Source: an uncultured Planctomycetota bacterium (GTDB lineage Bacteria > Planctomycetota > Planctomycetia > Isosphaerales > Isosphaeraceae). Taken from it: DNA of 64,000 nt. The position numbers and the translations under genes are program-made. The stretch spans positions 64,001-128,000 of the forward strand of contig CAWGMQ010000007.1 of assembly GCA_963823665.1 (NCBI GenBank). The letters run 5' to 3'. Of this stretch, positions 20,349 to 31,222 are shown one piece after another. The first letter of the stretch is position 1; each line of letters starts with the position of its first letter. The notes beneath the pieces were generated by a model. That model was not told the origin of the DNA, did no database searches, and was given only the letters and a program-made list of their open reading frames with translations.

Positions 20349-21044
20349 TCAATTCTCCCTTCTCCGCCAGAGCGCACCGTACTGCCCCAGGTAATAAAGC
20401 AGCGTCAGTACACCGGTGAGCGCGCCGGCGACATAGGTCCAGGCAGCCGCGTTCAAGACCTTGCCGACAACCTCATCCTCTGCGGGACTGATCGCGCCCG
20501 TCGAACGCAGCATCTCGCGCCCGCGGCTACTCGCATTGAATTCAACAGGTAAATTGATGATCTGAAAGACAACCGTCAGTGAGAAAAGGATGATTCCCAG
20601 GAAAACCAGCTTGGTCATTCCGATCAGAAGACCGGCCATCACCGGCAGCCAGCAGATGGTCGAGCCGATACTGGCCAGCGGCACGATCAAGTTGCGCACG
20701 ACAAGTCCGGGATAATGGGTGGCGTCCTGGATCGCGTGGCCCGCCTCGTGCGCCGCGATTCCAACCGCCGAGAGCGACCGCCCGTCGTACACCTTGGGTG
20801 AGAGCCGCAGCACCTTGTGAGCCGGATCATAATGATCGGAAAGCTCGCCTCGCACCGGCTCGATCGCGACATGACCGACCCCGCCGGCCTTCATCACGGC
20901 AACCGCCGCTTCGGCCCCCGACAGACCCGACGAAGCAGGAATTCGCGATCCTTCGGCATACGCCTGCCAGATTCGCGACTGCGCCCACATCGTCACGAGT
21001 AGCCCCGGAAGCGCATAGAGCAAGTAATCAAGCGTTGTGAACAT
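20349..21044 (-). CDS. Membrane zinc metallopeptidase (YugP/Zn_peptidase_2)
   Basis: LSDHYDP, AAHEAGHAIQ, LPVEFNASSR, LNAAAWTYVA. Confidence 0.92.
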   Translation of the reverse strand: MFTTLDYLLYALPGLLVTMWAQSRIWQAYAEGSRIPASSGLSGAEAAVAVMKAGGVGHVAIEPVRGELSDHYDPAHKVLRLSPKVYDGRSLSAVGIAAHEAGHAIQDATHYPGLVVRNLIVPLASIGSTICWLPVMAGLLIGMTKLVFLGIILFSLTVVFQIINLPVEFNASSRGREMLRSTGAISPAEDEVVGKVLNAAAWTYVAGALTGVLTLLYYLGQYGALWRRREN

Positions 21045-21054
21045 GCATGCAAGC

Positions 21055-22222
21055 TCAAACGAGCGGCAGGCCTTCCTCGCGTCGACCGAGCACTGGCCCA
21101 GGTTCGACCTGAAGCCAGCGACGTAAGAGCGTAGCATAAATGTCGCGGAAATCGACGGCGAATTTCAGGTCGCCGTTCTCGAGATTGGTCAGGACAGGAG
21201 CGGGGCCGACCAGCCCGCCGCGCACCGGAGCGCCGGCCAGAAACACGGGGCCTGCGGTGCCGTGATCGGTTCCGCCCTGGGCATTCTCCTTCACTCGCCT
21301 GCCGAATTCCGAGAACATGAGCACCACGACTCGCTCGCCGAGCCCGCGCTTCTTCACGTCGTTCAGAAATCCGGCAACCGCAGCAGAAACGGACCGCAGC
21401 AGCTCTCGATGCGTGAAGCTCTGCGCGGCATGCGTGTCGAAAGCCGCCGGCGGCGTGGAGGTGTAGAACACGCGGAGGGCCGCGTCCTGTTCGATGAGCA
21501 CCCGGATTGTCGTCAAACGCTCGTCCAGCGTGCCGGTTCCGGACTCAGGCAGAGACACTGTTGCGGCTTCCAGCCTCCTCGCCAGCGCGGTCACCTCGTC
21601 TGTCCTTCGCCCGATCTCGCGGGCGAGCTCGATCGGCCGGAAGAGCCCGACCAACGGCTAGCATTCCAGGTGGCACGCGGTAATCAGCGAGGCTCGCGAT
21701 CGAAGGCGTGAAGAACTTCCGCCCCTGCACGGCCAGAGGAACCGCCTCGGTCCCCACGTAACACGTGCTCATCAAGGGCTGAATGTCCGCGGCTCGCCCA
21801 AGCCATCCCGCGTCCGTCACCGGGCCGACGCTTCCCGTCTGCCAGATCTCCATCGACCGTGAATGCGACCGGTTGGGATTGGGATAGCCCGCCCCTTGAA
21901 TGATTGTCAAGTCGCCCGACTCCCAGAACGTGTGCAGATCCTTGAGCGCAGGGTTCAGCCCCACGCGGTCATCGAGCTTCAGTAGACTCTTGGGCCCAAT
22001 TCGCAACGTCGGCCGCGCCTTGGCGTAAAGATCATCGGCATAAGGAACGACCGTGTTCAACCCGTCGTTGCCGCCGGAAAGCTCGATCACGACCAGAATG
22101 GGCAAGCCCGCCTTGGCCTCCGCGGCTGCGGCTGCCCGTTGCCAGACCAAAGGGGCCTGTGCACCGACAGCGACCAGACCCAGCTCCGCACTCCGCGCCA
22201 AGAATCTGCGACGGGTCAACAT
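21055..22222 (-). CDS. DUF1501 protein with Tat signal (frameshift near 21650)
   Basis: TRRRFL, LSGGNDGLNTVVP, YPNPNRSH, FDTH, FSEFGRR, GTDHG, DFRDIYATLL. Confidence 0.88.
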
Positions 22223-22260
22223 ATTATATCTCCTCCTATCCAGGGATGATGAGATTGATC

Positions 22261-23616
22261 CTAAGCAAGCTGCGCTTCGGGCATCGCGAGCACGCCTCGC
22301 ACGGCCTCAGTCATCGACCGGCGCCGTAGATGATCGAGCGCTCGCGGAGTTCCGAGGATGAGGAGAGCCAGGGCGTCGGCCCAGCGATCAGGCCCGTCGA
22401 GCCCGTATTTCGCGGCGACCTGGGAGTCTCTGGAGTCATCGCCGGCCATCGCAGTCGCAAAGCCAGCGCGAGCGAGTATGGTCGGTCCGCGCAGCCAGTC
22501 GAGGCCGTCGGGCCAGCCCGCCACGTTTGGAGGGTAGAACAGCCTCTGGCCCATGCGCGCCAGCCGGCCATCCAGCTCGATGAAGTCTGGCGGCGGGTCG
22601 AATCGCTCGCACGCGCGAATGGCGCCAACCACGAGCTCCACCGGTCCCTTCACGCGCTTGCCGCGGCACCAATCCGAGAAGAACAGACGTGAGCGCAGGA
22701 TCAGCTCGATTCCCCGCGCCACGTCGACGTCACCCTCCACGCGCATTACCTTCGCCAGCGAATCGATCACGCCGGGCGGAATCGCGACACCATCGGCGAC
22801 AAACGCACGGAACAGCCGGCCCGCGATGTGAACAGCCGCCGACGGCTCGGCGCACGCAATCCGAACAACGTCTTCCGTCGTCCAGTTGCCGGTCTGGCCC
22901 AGGATGGTTTTGGGCAACGCGTCATGTTCGTCTTCATCGAAGCGGATCGCTTCGGGATTGTACGACGTGCCCTCCCAGCCCGTGAAGGCTCTCGAGACCG
23001 CTCGAATATCAGCCTCGGAGTAATTCCCTTCGCCCAGAGCGAAGAGCTCGAGGAACTCGCGGGCGAGGTTTTCATTCGGCTGCGACTTGCGACTCGCGAC
23101 CCCATCGAGCCAGACGAGCATCGCTCGATCGGTGAGCATTCGCAGATGGAGCTTCGAGATCCTCGACCGCCAGAGCTCGCGCTGGGCGAGGTTCTGTTCG
23201 AGCATCGAGAGCGGGTTATTCACCTTCTGATTACTTGTCGCGTAGTGCCCGTGCCAGACGAGCGTCATCCGCTCGGCCAGCGCGTGGGCCGAAAAGATCA
23301 AACGAAAAAACCAGAGATACTGGATGCGCTCGATGCTCGGCTCGCGCCGGGCCGAGCTGACCATCGCCTCGGCGATCTCGTTGATCTCGCCTGCCGTTCG
23401 GCCGTCCGGGCCGTGCGCCTCGCCATCCAGGATTCGGCGCAATGCGCGCTCGAAGCCTTCTGCCGAATCTCGACGAACCTGCCCCCAGGTCGCACCCATT
23501 CCGGCGCGTCGGTGCAGATGGGCCACTTTGGCTAAGTCCCACTGGTCCGATCCCTCGGGATGCCAGGGAGACCAGCAGGCTTCGGGGTCGCTCTGGGTGT
23601 CGCTGTGCAATCGCAT
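22261..23616 (-). CDS. DUF1800 protein
   Basis: HLHRRAGMG, LAERMTLVWHGHYATS, PNENLAREFLELFALG, PPNVAGW; typical DUF1501 partner. Confidence 0.9.
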   Translation of the reverse strand: MRLHSDTQSDPEACWSPWHPEGSDQWDLAKVAHLHRRAGMGATWGQVRRDSAEGFERALRRILDGEAHGPDGRTAGEINEIAEAMVSSARREPSIERIQYLWFFRLIFSAHALAERMTLVWHGHYATSNQKVNNPLSMLEQNLAQRELWRSRISKLHLRMLTDRAMLVWLDGVASRKSQPNENLAREFLELFALGEGNYSEADIRAVSRAFTGWEGTSYNPEAIRFDEDEHDALPKTILGQTGNWTTEDVVRIACAEPSAAVHIAGRLFRAFVADGVAIPPGVIDSLAKVMRVEGDVDVARGIELILRSRLFFSDWCRGKRVKGPVELVVGAIRACERFDPPPDFIELDGRLARMGQRLFYPPNVAGWPDGLDWLRGPTILARAGFATAMAGDDSRDSQVAAKYGLDGPDRWADALALLILGTPRALDHLRRRSMTEAVRGVLAMPEAQLA

Positions 23617-26517
23617 CAGTCGCCCTCCTTCTGCTGCGTAACGACAACCTTCCCCAGATCGCGCACCTCGCCGGGCTTGAGCGCCGCGATCGCGTGGTAC
23701 ATCTCGCCCCCCTGCACGTAGTAGCGCACGCCGGGTATGAGCGTGTCGTAGTTGAATTCCGCGGGATAGCTCTGGAGGAGCGGCTCCATCGTGAACATGA
23801 GATAGGGAACCACATGTGATTGATCGAAAAAATCATTTCTCGTCAGCTCACGATCCCCCTTCGTCAAATCGATCCAGGCGAGGATTTGCGTTCTCTGGAG
23901 CGGCCGGCCCTTCTGGTCCACCACTGTTCCCTTCGCGGTGGCCGCCCGCTGAAGCCGGACGACAAGTGGCCCCTTCGGGTCGTACTTGAGCTCCGCGACT
24001 GCACCGAGCTTGAGCTTGGGCTCTATGAAGAAGACGCGGTACGTGCGTTCCGGGTCAGCGCCATCAAGCCGGAAGCGACCCTCGGGAAATGCCTGCGGCG
24101 ACCCCCAGTTTTGAAGCTGGCTTGCCATCATTTCCTGGCACCACCCCATGACCAGCCCCGCCGCTGCCCCATCGCGTCCGACCAGGCGGGCCTCGAGTTT
24201 CACTCCCTTCCGAAGCGTGAGCCTCGTCTCGGGGGTCTCTTTGTTTTTGTCGTCCGGCAAGTCAATTCGGGCGAATGCGTGCGGATAAGCTTGCGCCGAG
24301 CGGCGAGATCCGGACTCGCTGATCGCCACGCGGATGAAGTCGGGTGTGGGCCCTTCAACTGCCAGCAGACCCGGACCGGGCAAAGCGGCGAGCGCGAACT
24401 TTCCATCGGAGTCGGTCAGCACCGGGCTGTTGAAGTGGTATTCACTCTTGTTGTGTGGATTGCTCGGATCCGGCTGGTAGACCACGCTGGCGCCTGGGAC
24501 AGGCGATCCCCCCTCAGCCTGCACGACGCGGCCTCGGACAACGCGGCCTCTGGACACCGCAACGTTGACTTCGAGGACTTTCGCTCCCGAAGGCCACTGA
24601 TTCTGCCGTTTCTCGATCGGAATAAAACCCGACCCTGGATCGGGGTATACCGTAACCCAGAAGGATTCTCCAGCGCCGCCCGCCACGCGGTAGCGGCCGG
24701 TTGCATCCGTCGTGGCCCGAACGGCCATGAATCCCCCGTAACGATTCGTCCCCCGCGTTGGCAGCATGTTGATCAGAAACCCGCCCAATGGCTGGCCGGT
24801 CTCCCCGTCGGTGACAATCCCGGTCACCGGTCGCGCCGGCTCCAAGGTATGGGTGAACCGAGCGCCCACCGGCTTGACGTCGAATGCGCGCAACCAATCG
24901 GTTGGCGCCAGCCCCGTCGAAACGATGATGTCGTCATCGGCAAAATCAGAATGCCGGAAGTGAAGGTGAGCGACGACTTTTTCGGGCACGATTCCTTCGA
25001 TTCGGAATCGGCCATCCGCGCCGGTCGTCCATGACTCTGGCCAGTAGTCCGGCCGGAACTCCTCGTCGTAATTGACGCGGCCGCCAGAGACCCACTCGCC
25101 CTCGAGCTCACTGTCGCCTTCGTGAAATTCTTCTAGCAAAACCTTGACTCCGGCCGCCGGCGCTCCGGCCGGAGTCAAGAGCCTCCCCTCGATCGTCACC
25201 GGCGAGCGAAGTCGAAACGTCAGCCTCTCGTCCTTGCCGTCACTTTCTTTCACGGACTCGCCGAAGAATATGCGGCCGGAGATTCCGCTCCCCTTCGCCC
25301 TGACGATCACCGTGCGACCGGGAAAGTGCTCAGCGTCGAATTCTGCCGTGAGACCGAACCGGCCCGCGGTATCGGTCAAGGTCGAGGCTAGCGGTCTCCA
25401 CTCGCTCGTCGGGTTTCTCTTTGGATCCCTTGGGCCGCGCCATCCGGCTGCGCTCGAACCGCGGATGCGCGAGCCAGAAAACCTCCGCGCCTGCGAGTGG
25501 TTTGCCGTCAGGTGCGAGCACGGTGCCTTTGATTGTGTGTCTCCGTGAGGATTCCAGGCGATCAGCCGGCCCGCCCTGCGCCAACGGCTCGACTACCGGC
25601 TGAGGCCCGGTCGTGACGACCGTCTGGACAGCCGCCTTCGCGGGCTGCGCCGGCGTCAATTCCGCGCCGATTCCCACGGCCAGGCACGCAATCGCCGCCA
25701 CGGACAATACGGCGGCCGCCGTCGCTTTGCCGCTTCCCGTCATGATCGTCGATCCTGCTCGGGTCAGGCCGGCGAGTCGGCTGCCGGCGACGGCGGCGAT
25801 TGCCTCACCCGCCGCAACTCGCACGGCAGCGTGAAGCGTTGCCTGGACGCATACGGGCGACACGGCACACGCCTCTCTCGCGACCGAAAGCACCATCGCC
25901 GACGCGGCTGGAGCAAACCCTCGGCGCACCAGCCGCGTCCGCAACCGTTCCCGCGCTCCGGAGAGCCGTCGCCGCACAGTGGCTTCACCGCATCTCAACT
26001 CAAGGGCAGCCTGGGCGTGAGTCAACCCTTCGAGGTAGCACAAGACGATGGGCAGCCGTAGCTTGGCCGGCAGTCGCGCCAGCTCTTCGTGGAGCACGGG
26101 ATGGATGTCCTCACCAGAAGTGCTTTGCGCTAGACTCATCGCCGCTACCTCCGCTGCTTGACGCTCATGAACGCGGCGCCGTGCGGCATCAATACTCGCC
26201 CGGACCGCGATGCGGTAGGCCACGCGATGCAGCCAGCCGCCAAGCCCGCCATCGACCCACGCCGAGCCGGCCTTCCGCGCCAGAACGAGAAACGTCGCTT
26301 GAAACGCATCCTCCGCATCGACCGAATCGCGCAATACGCCCCGGCACACCGCCATCACCATTGGCCCATGCCGAGTCATGAGCGCGACGAAGGCCCCTTC
26401 GTCGCGATGGACGGCAAACCGGCCGAGCAGTTGCGTGTCGGACGCGCCGCTGGTGCTGCCCTCAGAAAACAGTGCCTGAATGTGCCGCAAAGCGGCCCCG
26501 AGTCGCGCGCCTGCCAT
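23616..26517 (-). CDS. Membrane-tethered ECF sigma factor with carboxypeptidase-regulatory-like repeats (frameshift near 25395)
   Basis: RHGPMVMAVCR, AEDAFQATFLVL, LPIVLCYLEGLT; TM segment; repeated IxGxV..PxAG and TDxxGRF motifs; GGAGG RBS. Confidence 0.88.
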
Positions 26518-26542
26518 CGCGGATCCCTCCTTGTTGTTTGGT

Positions 26543-26581
26543 TCCATCTCTATTCAGGTGCGAGGGAGGGCGGTCCGATCA
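26543..26581 (-). promoter_or_regulatory. Conserved upstream motif, copy 1 (candidate ECF promoter)
   Basis: Minus strand TGATCGGA-N10-TCGCACCTGAATAGAGATGGA, shared with 29555-29593. Confidence 0.6.
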
Positions 26582-26639
26582 AATTCTTTTCTGGAAACTC
26601 GGATTGTTTCGGCCCGTTTCAAGGCGCGGCCCCATTGCA

Positions 26640-29528
26640 TCAGTCAGCATCCTTTCGTTTGACAACAATCTTCCCGAGATCCCGCACCTCGCCCGGCTTC
26701 AAGGCCCCGATCGCGTGGTACGTCTCGTTGGCTCCGACATAGTAGCGCACTCCGGCGATCAGGTTGTCGTAATTGAACTCGGCGGGGTAGTTGGATCGCA
26801 AGTTCTCCCATGTGAAGATCGGATACGCGGCCGCCATGGACTCGTCGTTGAAGTCCTCGCCCTTCAGCTCGCGATCCTCCTTGGTCAAGACGATCCAGGG
26901 CAGGATCTGGATTTCGTTGAGCGGCCGCCCTTTCTCGTCGACCACGATTCCCCGGGCGGTGGCCGTCGGCTGAAGCCGGACGATGATCGGTCCCTTGGGG
27001 TCGTATTTCAGCTCAGCCCGTGCGCCCAGCTTTCGCTTGGCGTGGACGAAGAAGACCCGATAGCTTCGCTCGGGGTCAGCCCCTTGGAGCGTGAATCGGC
27101 CGTCGGGAAGGGCGCCTGGCGAAACCCAGTTCTCGAGCTGGCTGGCCATCCACTCCTCGCACCAACCCATCGCCATATCAACGCGTGCCCCGTCCGGCCC
27201 GACGAGAAGGGCCTCGAGCCTAACTCCCTTGTGAAGCGTGATCCGCGCATCGGCTGCCGCTTTGTCTGTCTCCGCTGGCAGGCCGATCCAGGTGAATCCG
27301 TGGGGTCGGGCGAGCGGCGATTGAATCAGAGTGGGCCCGGTTACCGCGACGCGAATGTAATCGGGTGTCGGCCCTTCAACCGCCAGCAGCCCCTCTCCCG
27401 GTAGCGCCGTGAGCGCGAACGCACCGTGCTCGTCGGTCAAGACCGGATTGTCGAAGTCATAGTCGCCGTCGTCCGACGAATTGTTCGGGCCGGGCTGATA
27501 CACGACGCTCGCACGAGCGACTGGCTTGCCCTCCTTGCCCTCGAGCACGCGGCCACGGACGATGCGGCCCTTGGGCAGCGCCAGATCCACGTTCAGCACC
27601 CTGGAGCCAACGGGCCATTTGTTGTTTTGCGTTTGCAGCGGAAGGTACCCGGATGCAGGGTCGGGGTAGGACATGACGCAAAACGTGTCGCCGGCACGGC
27701 CCGCCGCGCGGTAACGGCCCGATGCATCCGTCTTGACCGCTACGGATATTTCTCCACCGTAACGCGGCGTCATTCGCGACGGAATCATCTCGATGCGCAC
27801 GCCGCCCAGCGGCCGGCCGGTCTCCTTGTCGGTGACGATCCCGATCACCGGGCGCGCCGGCTCGAGCGTGTGTGTGAAATGAGCATCGGCCGGCTTGACC
27901 TTGAACGCGCGCAACCCGTCGTTCACCGCCAAGCCGGTGGAAACAAGCAGATCGTCGTCGGCGAAATCAGGATGGCGGAATTGGAGCGCTGCAAACATCT
28001 TCTCGGGAACGATTCCCTCGATCCGAAATCTCCCGTCGGCGTCGGTCGTCCATGACTTCGGCCAGAGCTCCGGAGAAGATTGATCGTCCGTGTCGTCCCA
28101 CGGTGCGACGCCTTCGCAGTCGAGCGCGTTCTTCGAGTCGCTCAAACCCTGGAGAACGATCTTGACACCCTTCGCCGGCGCGCCGGCTGCGGTCAAGAGC
28201 CTGCCCTCGATCGTCACCGGCTTGCGCAGCCGGAACGTGAGCCGTTCGTCGTTGCGGGCGCCTTCCCTCACTGTGTCACCGAAGAAGGACCTGGCGGAGA
28301 GGCCCGCACCCTTGGCCTTGACGATGACCATTCGGCCCGGAACGCGCTCGCCGGCGAACTTCGCAGCCAGCTCAAAGCGCCCTCGGGAGTCGCTCCTGGC
28401 AACCGCAAGCATCCTCGTCCGGTCCTCGGGTCTCTCCTTGAATTCCTTCGGCATGGCAACCAAACTGCTCGACGTCGCCGGTGTGCCAGCCCAAAAAACC
28501 GTCGCATCAGCCAGAGGCTTGCCGTCGGGCGCAATCACCAATCCTTGAATGGTGTGTTTCTGTAATGAAGCTTCGCGCGGCGACGACTGGGCCTGCCGCG
28601 GATTCTCGGCCTGCGGATATGCGACCGGGTCGATGTCATTCCTGGTCGAACCGCCCGCGTTCTTTCCGTCGAGCGCCGCGATGCCGGCACCTGCGCAAGC
28701 GAGCGCCGCAACAGCAAGCACGGCACAAGCCGCCATTTTTCCGCTGTCAGTCATGATCGTCAGTCCGGCCTCGGATAATACGGCCAGCCGGTTGCCTGCG
28801 ACGGCTGCGATCGCCTCACGTGCCGCCACACGCGCCGCCGCGCGAAGCGTTGATTCAGCAACCGCAGGCGGCACCGCTCCCGCCTCCCTGGCAACCGCAA
28901 TCACCGCAGCCGAGGCGGCGGGTGCAAACCCCCTGCGTACGAGCCGATTCCGCAGCCGCTCGCGTGCCCCCGCGAGACGTCGCCTCACCGTCGCCTCACC
29001 GCATCTCAATTGAGACGCAGCTTGTGCATGCGTCAGCCCTTCGAGGTAGCACAAGACAAGCGGCAAGCGCAGCTTGGCCGGCAGTCGCGCCAGCTCCTCA
29101 TGGAGTGCCGGCTGGATGGCGTCATCGGAATTACCCTGCGAGATCCCCATCGCCGCCACCTCCGCCGCGCGACGTTCATGCGTCTGCCGCCGTGCGGCAT
29201 CGTTCCGCGCGCGGACGGCGACCCGGTAAGCCACTCGATGCAGCCAGCCGCCAAGCTGACCTTCTGCCCACTCCGAGCCAGCCTTTCTCGCCAGAGCCAG
29301 AAACGTGGCCTGAAGCACGTCCTCGGCGTCGGACTCGTCGCGCAGCACGCCCCGGCATACCGTCATCACCATCGGGCCATGCCGGGCCATCAGTGCGGCA
29401 AACGCCGCTTCGTCGCGGAAGCAGGAAAACCGACGCAACAGACTTGTGTCGGAAGCACCGGTGGTACTGCCGTCGGCAAAGAGCACCTGAATCTGCCGCA
29501 GTGCGGCTCCAAGTCGCGCACCTTCCAT
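26640..29528 (-). CDS. Membrane-tethered ECF sigma factor with carboxypeptidase-regulatory-like repeats (962 aa), tandem paralog
   Basis: Same architecture, with many identical blocks shared with 23616-26517 (e.g. FADDD, AELKYDPKGP, LKPGEVRDLGK). Confidence 0.92.
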   Translation of the reverse strand: MEGARLGAALRQIQVLFADGSTTGASDTSLLRRFSCFRDEAAFAALMARHGPMVMTVCRGVLRDESDAEDVLQATFLALARKAGSEWAEGQLGGWLHRVAYRVAVRARNDAARRQTHERRAAEVAAMGISQGNSDDAIQPALHEELARLPAKLRLPLVLCYLEGLTHAQAASQLRCGEATVRRRLAGARERLRNRLVRRGFAPAASAAVIAVAREAGAVPPAVAESTLRAAARVAAREAIAAVAGNRLAVLSEAGLTIMTDSGKMAACAVLAVAALACAGAGIAALDGKNAGGSTRNDIDPVAYPQAENPRQAQSSPREASLQKHTIQGLVIAPDGKPLADATVFWAGTPATSSSLVAMPKEFKERPEDRTRMLAVARSDSRGRFELAAKFAGERVPGRMVIVKAKGAGLSARSFFGDTVREGARNDERLTFRLRKPVTIEGRLLTAAGAPAKGVKIVLQGLSDSKNALDCEGVAPWDDTDDQSSPELWPKSWTTDADGRFRIEGIVPEKMFAALQFRHPDFADDDLLVSTGLAVNDGLRAFKVKPADAHFTHTLEPARPVIGIVTDKETGRPLGGVRIEMIPSRMTPRYGGEISVAVKTDASGRYRAAGRAGDTFCVMSYPDPASGYLPLQTQNNKWPVGSRVLNVDLALPKGRIVRGRVLEGKEGKPVARASVVYQPGPNNSSDDGDYDFDNPVLTDEHGAFALTALPGEGLLAVEGPTPDYIRVAVTGPTLIQSPLARPHGFTWIGLPAETDKAAADARITLHKGVRLEALLVGPDGARVDMAMGWCEEWMASQLENWVSPGALPDGRFTLQGADPERSYRVFFVHAKRKLGARAELKYDPKGPIIVRLQPTATARGIVVDEKGRPLNEIQILPWIVLTKEDRELKGEDFNDESMAAAYPIFTWENLRSNYPAEFNYDNLIAGVRYYVGANETYHAIGALKPGEVRDLGKIVVKRKDAD

Positions 29529-29554
29529 GACAAAACCCTCGTGGGTATTCTGGC

Positions 29555-29593
29555 TCCATCTCTATTCTGGCGCGACCAAGGACATTCCGATCA
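29555..29593 (-). promoter_or_regulatory. Conserved upstream motif, copy 2 (candidate ECF promoter)
   Basis: Minus strand TGATCGGA-N10-TCGCGCCAGAATAGAGATGGA. Confidence 0.6.
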
Positions 29594-29675
29594 ATTATTA
29601 TCTCAAGCAGCGGATTTTCCGTCTTGAGTCGTGCGAAAGCTCAGCGGCCGGAACAATGGCTGTACTGGAACCGTG

Positions 29676-31031
29676 TTATTGCTCGGTCACGGCGGTAATT
29701 GGACGCGGTACACTGGCTTTTCCCAGTCGAGTGGTCGTCGAGCTTGGAAGCGCAGCGCGGAGCGCCTCGACGCCCTCCGCGGTCACTTCCGTGCCCCCAA
29801 CGACGAGTGATTTGAGCGATTTCAAGTTGTAGAGATGCTTGAGCCCATCGTCGCTTATACTAACCCCTTCGACGTAGAGCTGTTCAAGCCCAGTGAGCCT
29901 TGAAAGTGACTCGAGACCGGCGTCGGTGATATTTGTACCGCGAAGGCTTAACCAGCGTAGCGATTTCATCTCGCAGAGCTGCCGCAATCCTTCGTCCCCC
30001 ACGGTGGTCCGGTTGAGGTTCAACCATCGGAGCCTCTTGAGCGATTGAAGATTCCCCACACCGGCATCGGTGACTCGCGAGCCGGCCACGTTCAGGACCT
30101 CGAGGTGTGTTAATCCTCTGAGGCGGGCCAAGCCGGAGTCTGTGATCTTGGCGCTTTGTCCCTCGATCTGGAGTCCTTCGAGCGCGGTGAACGCACGCAA
30201 GTCGGCCAGCGCGGCATCCGTGACTTTGGTGCCGCTTAGCAGCAGGTGCTTCAGACCAGGGAAGTTCAATGATAGGAAGTGAACCCCTTGGTCGGTCACG
30301 CCGGGGTTGCCGTTCAAATTCAGGATGCCGAGCTTCTTCAGCTTGACCAGGCTGGACAATCCAGCGTCGGAAACGTTCGCCTTGCTGACCCACAAGACCT
30401 CGAGATCAGCGAGCCCTTCCAGTTGCGCGAGCCCGGCATCGGTGACGTTCGTGTTCTGCAGCCGGAGCTCGCTCACCGACGATAGGCCCGAGAAGTCGGC
30501 GAGCAAGGAGTCGTTCACTCCTTTGCCGTCAAGGTGCACTTCGGTCAGACGCGGCAGAGCACGAAGGCGGACGGTCCGGTCGCCACTCGGCCGGGTGAGC
30601 GAAATCTCCAGGACCTTCAATTGTCCCATCCCAGATATCGTCGTGCCTGGAGGGGGGTTTGTGATCCGGAGCCGCTCGAGCAAATCGAATTCACCGATCG
30701 CTGAGAGCGCGACCTTTGCGTCGGCCTCCTCGAACTGCGAAAGATCCAATTTATTGACCACCGTCACATCATGAAAGAACTCCTCCGGGAGTACTCCGAG
30801 CAACCACGCCGGCGGCCACGGCCTTCCATTTGGTTGGATTTGATCGTGCTTGAGCTGATAGTCAAACAGCACAACTCCCTTCGCCTTTCGGACCGCGGCG
30901 ACCGGCCGCTGGCGCCTGTGCATGCGATTGACCGTCCAGCCGAACCCGCCCCCGAGAACCAGCACCAAGAGCATCAGCACGCGCAGGCTCATGGAATAAC
31001 GTCTCGACTTTCCCGCCGACCTCGTGTTCAT
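29676..31031 (-). CDS. Leucine-rich repeat protein with N-terminal TM anchor
   Basis: SLRVLMLLVLV anchor; about 10 LxxLxLxxTxVTDAGL repeats. Confidence 0.9.
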   Translation of the reverse strand: MNTRSAGKSRRYSMSLRVLMLLVLVLGGGFGWTVNRMHRRQRPVAAVRKAKGVVLFDYQLKHDQIQPNGRPWPPAWLLGVLPEEFFHDVTVVNKLDLSQFEEADAKVALSAIGEFDLLERLRITNPPPGTTISGMGQLKVLEISLTRPSGDRTVRLRALPRLTEVHLDGKGVNDSLLADFSGLSSVSELRLQNTNVTDAGLAQLEGLADLEVLWVSKANVSDAGLSSLVKLKKLGILNLNGNPGVTDQGVHFLSLNFPGLKHLLLSGTKVTDAALADLRAFTALEGLQIEGQSAKITDSGLARLRGLTHLEVLNVAGSRVTDAGVGNLQSLKRLRWLNLNRTTVGDEGLRQLCEMKSLRWLSLRGTNITDAGLESLSRLTGLEQLYVEGVSISDDGLKHLYNLKSLKSLVVGGTEVTAEGVEALRAALPSSTTTRLGKASVPRPITAVTEQ

Positions 31032-31222
31032 GGAGTTTGCCTGTCATTGTAGAAAGAACGGCGCCGACGGAGTGTGATGAAAGGCTCTTCTCGCTGCGCT
31101 TATAGATACTCATTCTGGTCGGTCTGTTGCCAGCAGGTCCGTACAGAATTCCTGAAAAATGGGATTGGTCGTCCTTCCACGCGACAATATCTCGCAGAAA
31201 CGCGACATCCGCTTTAACAAGG

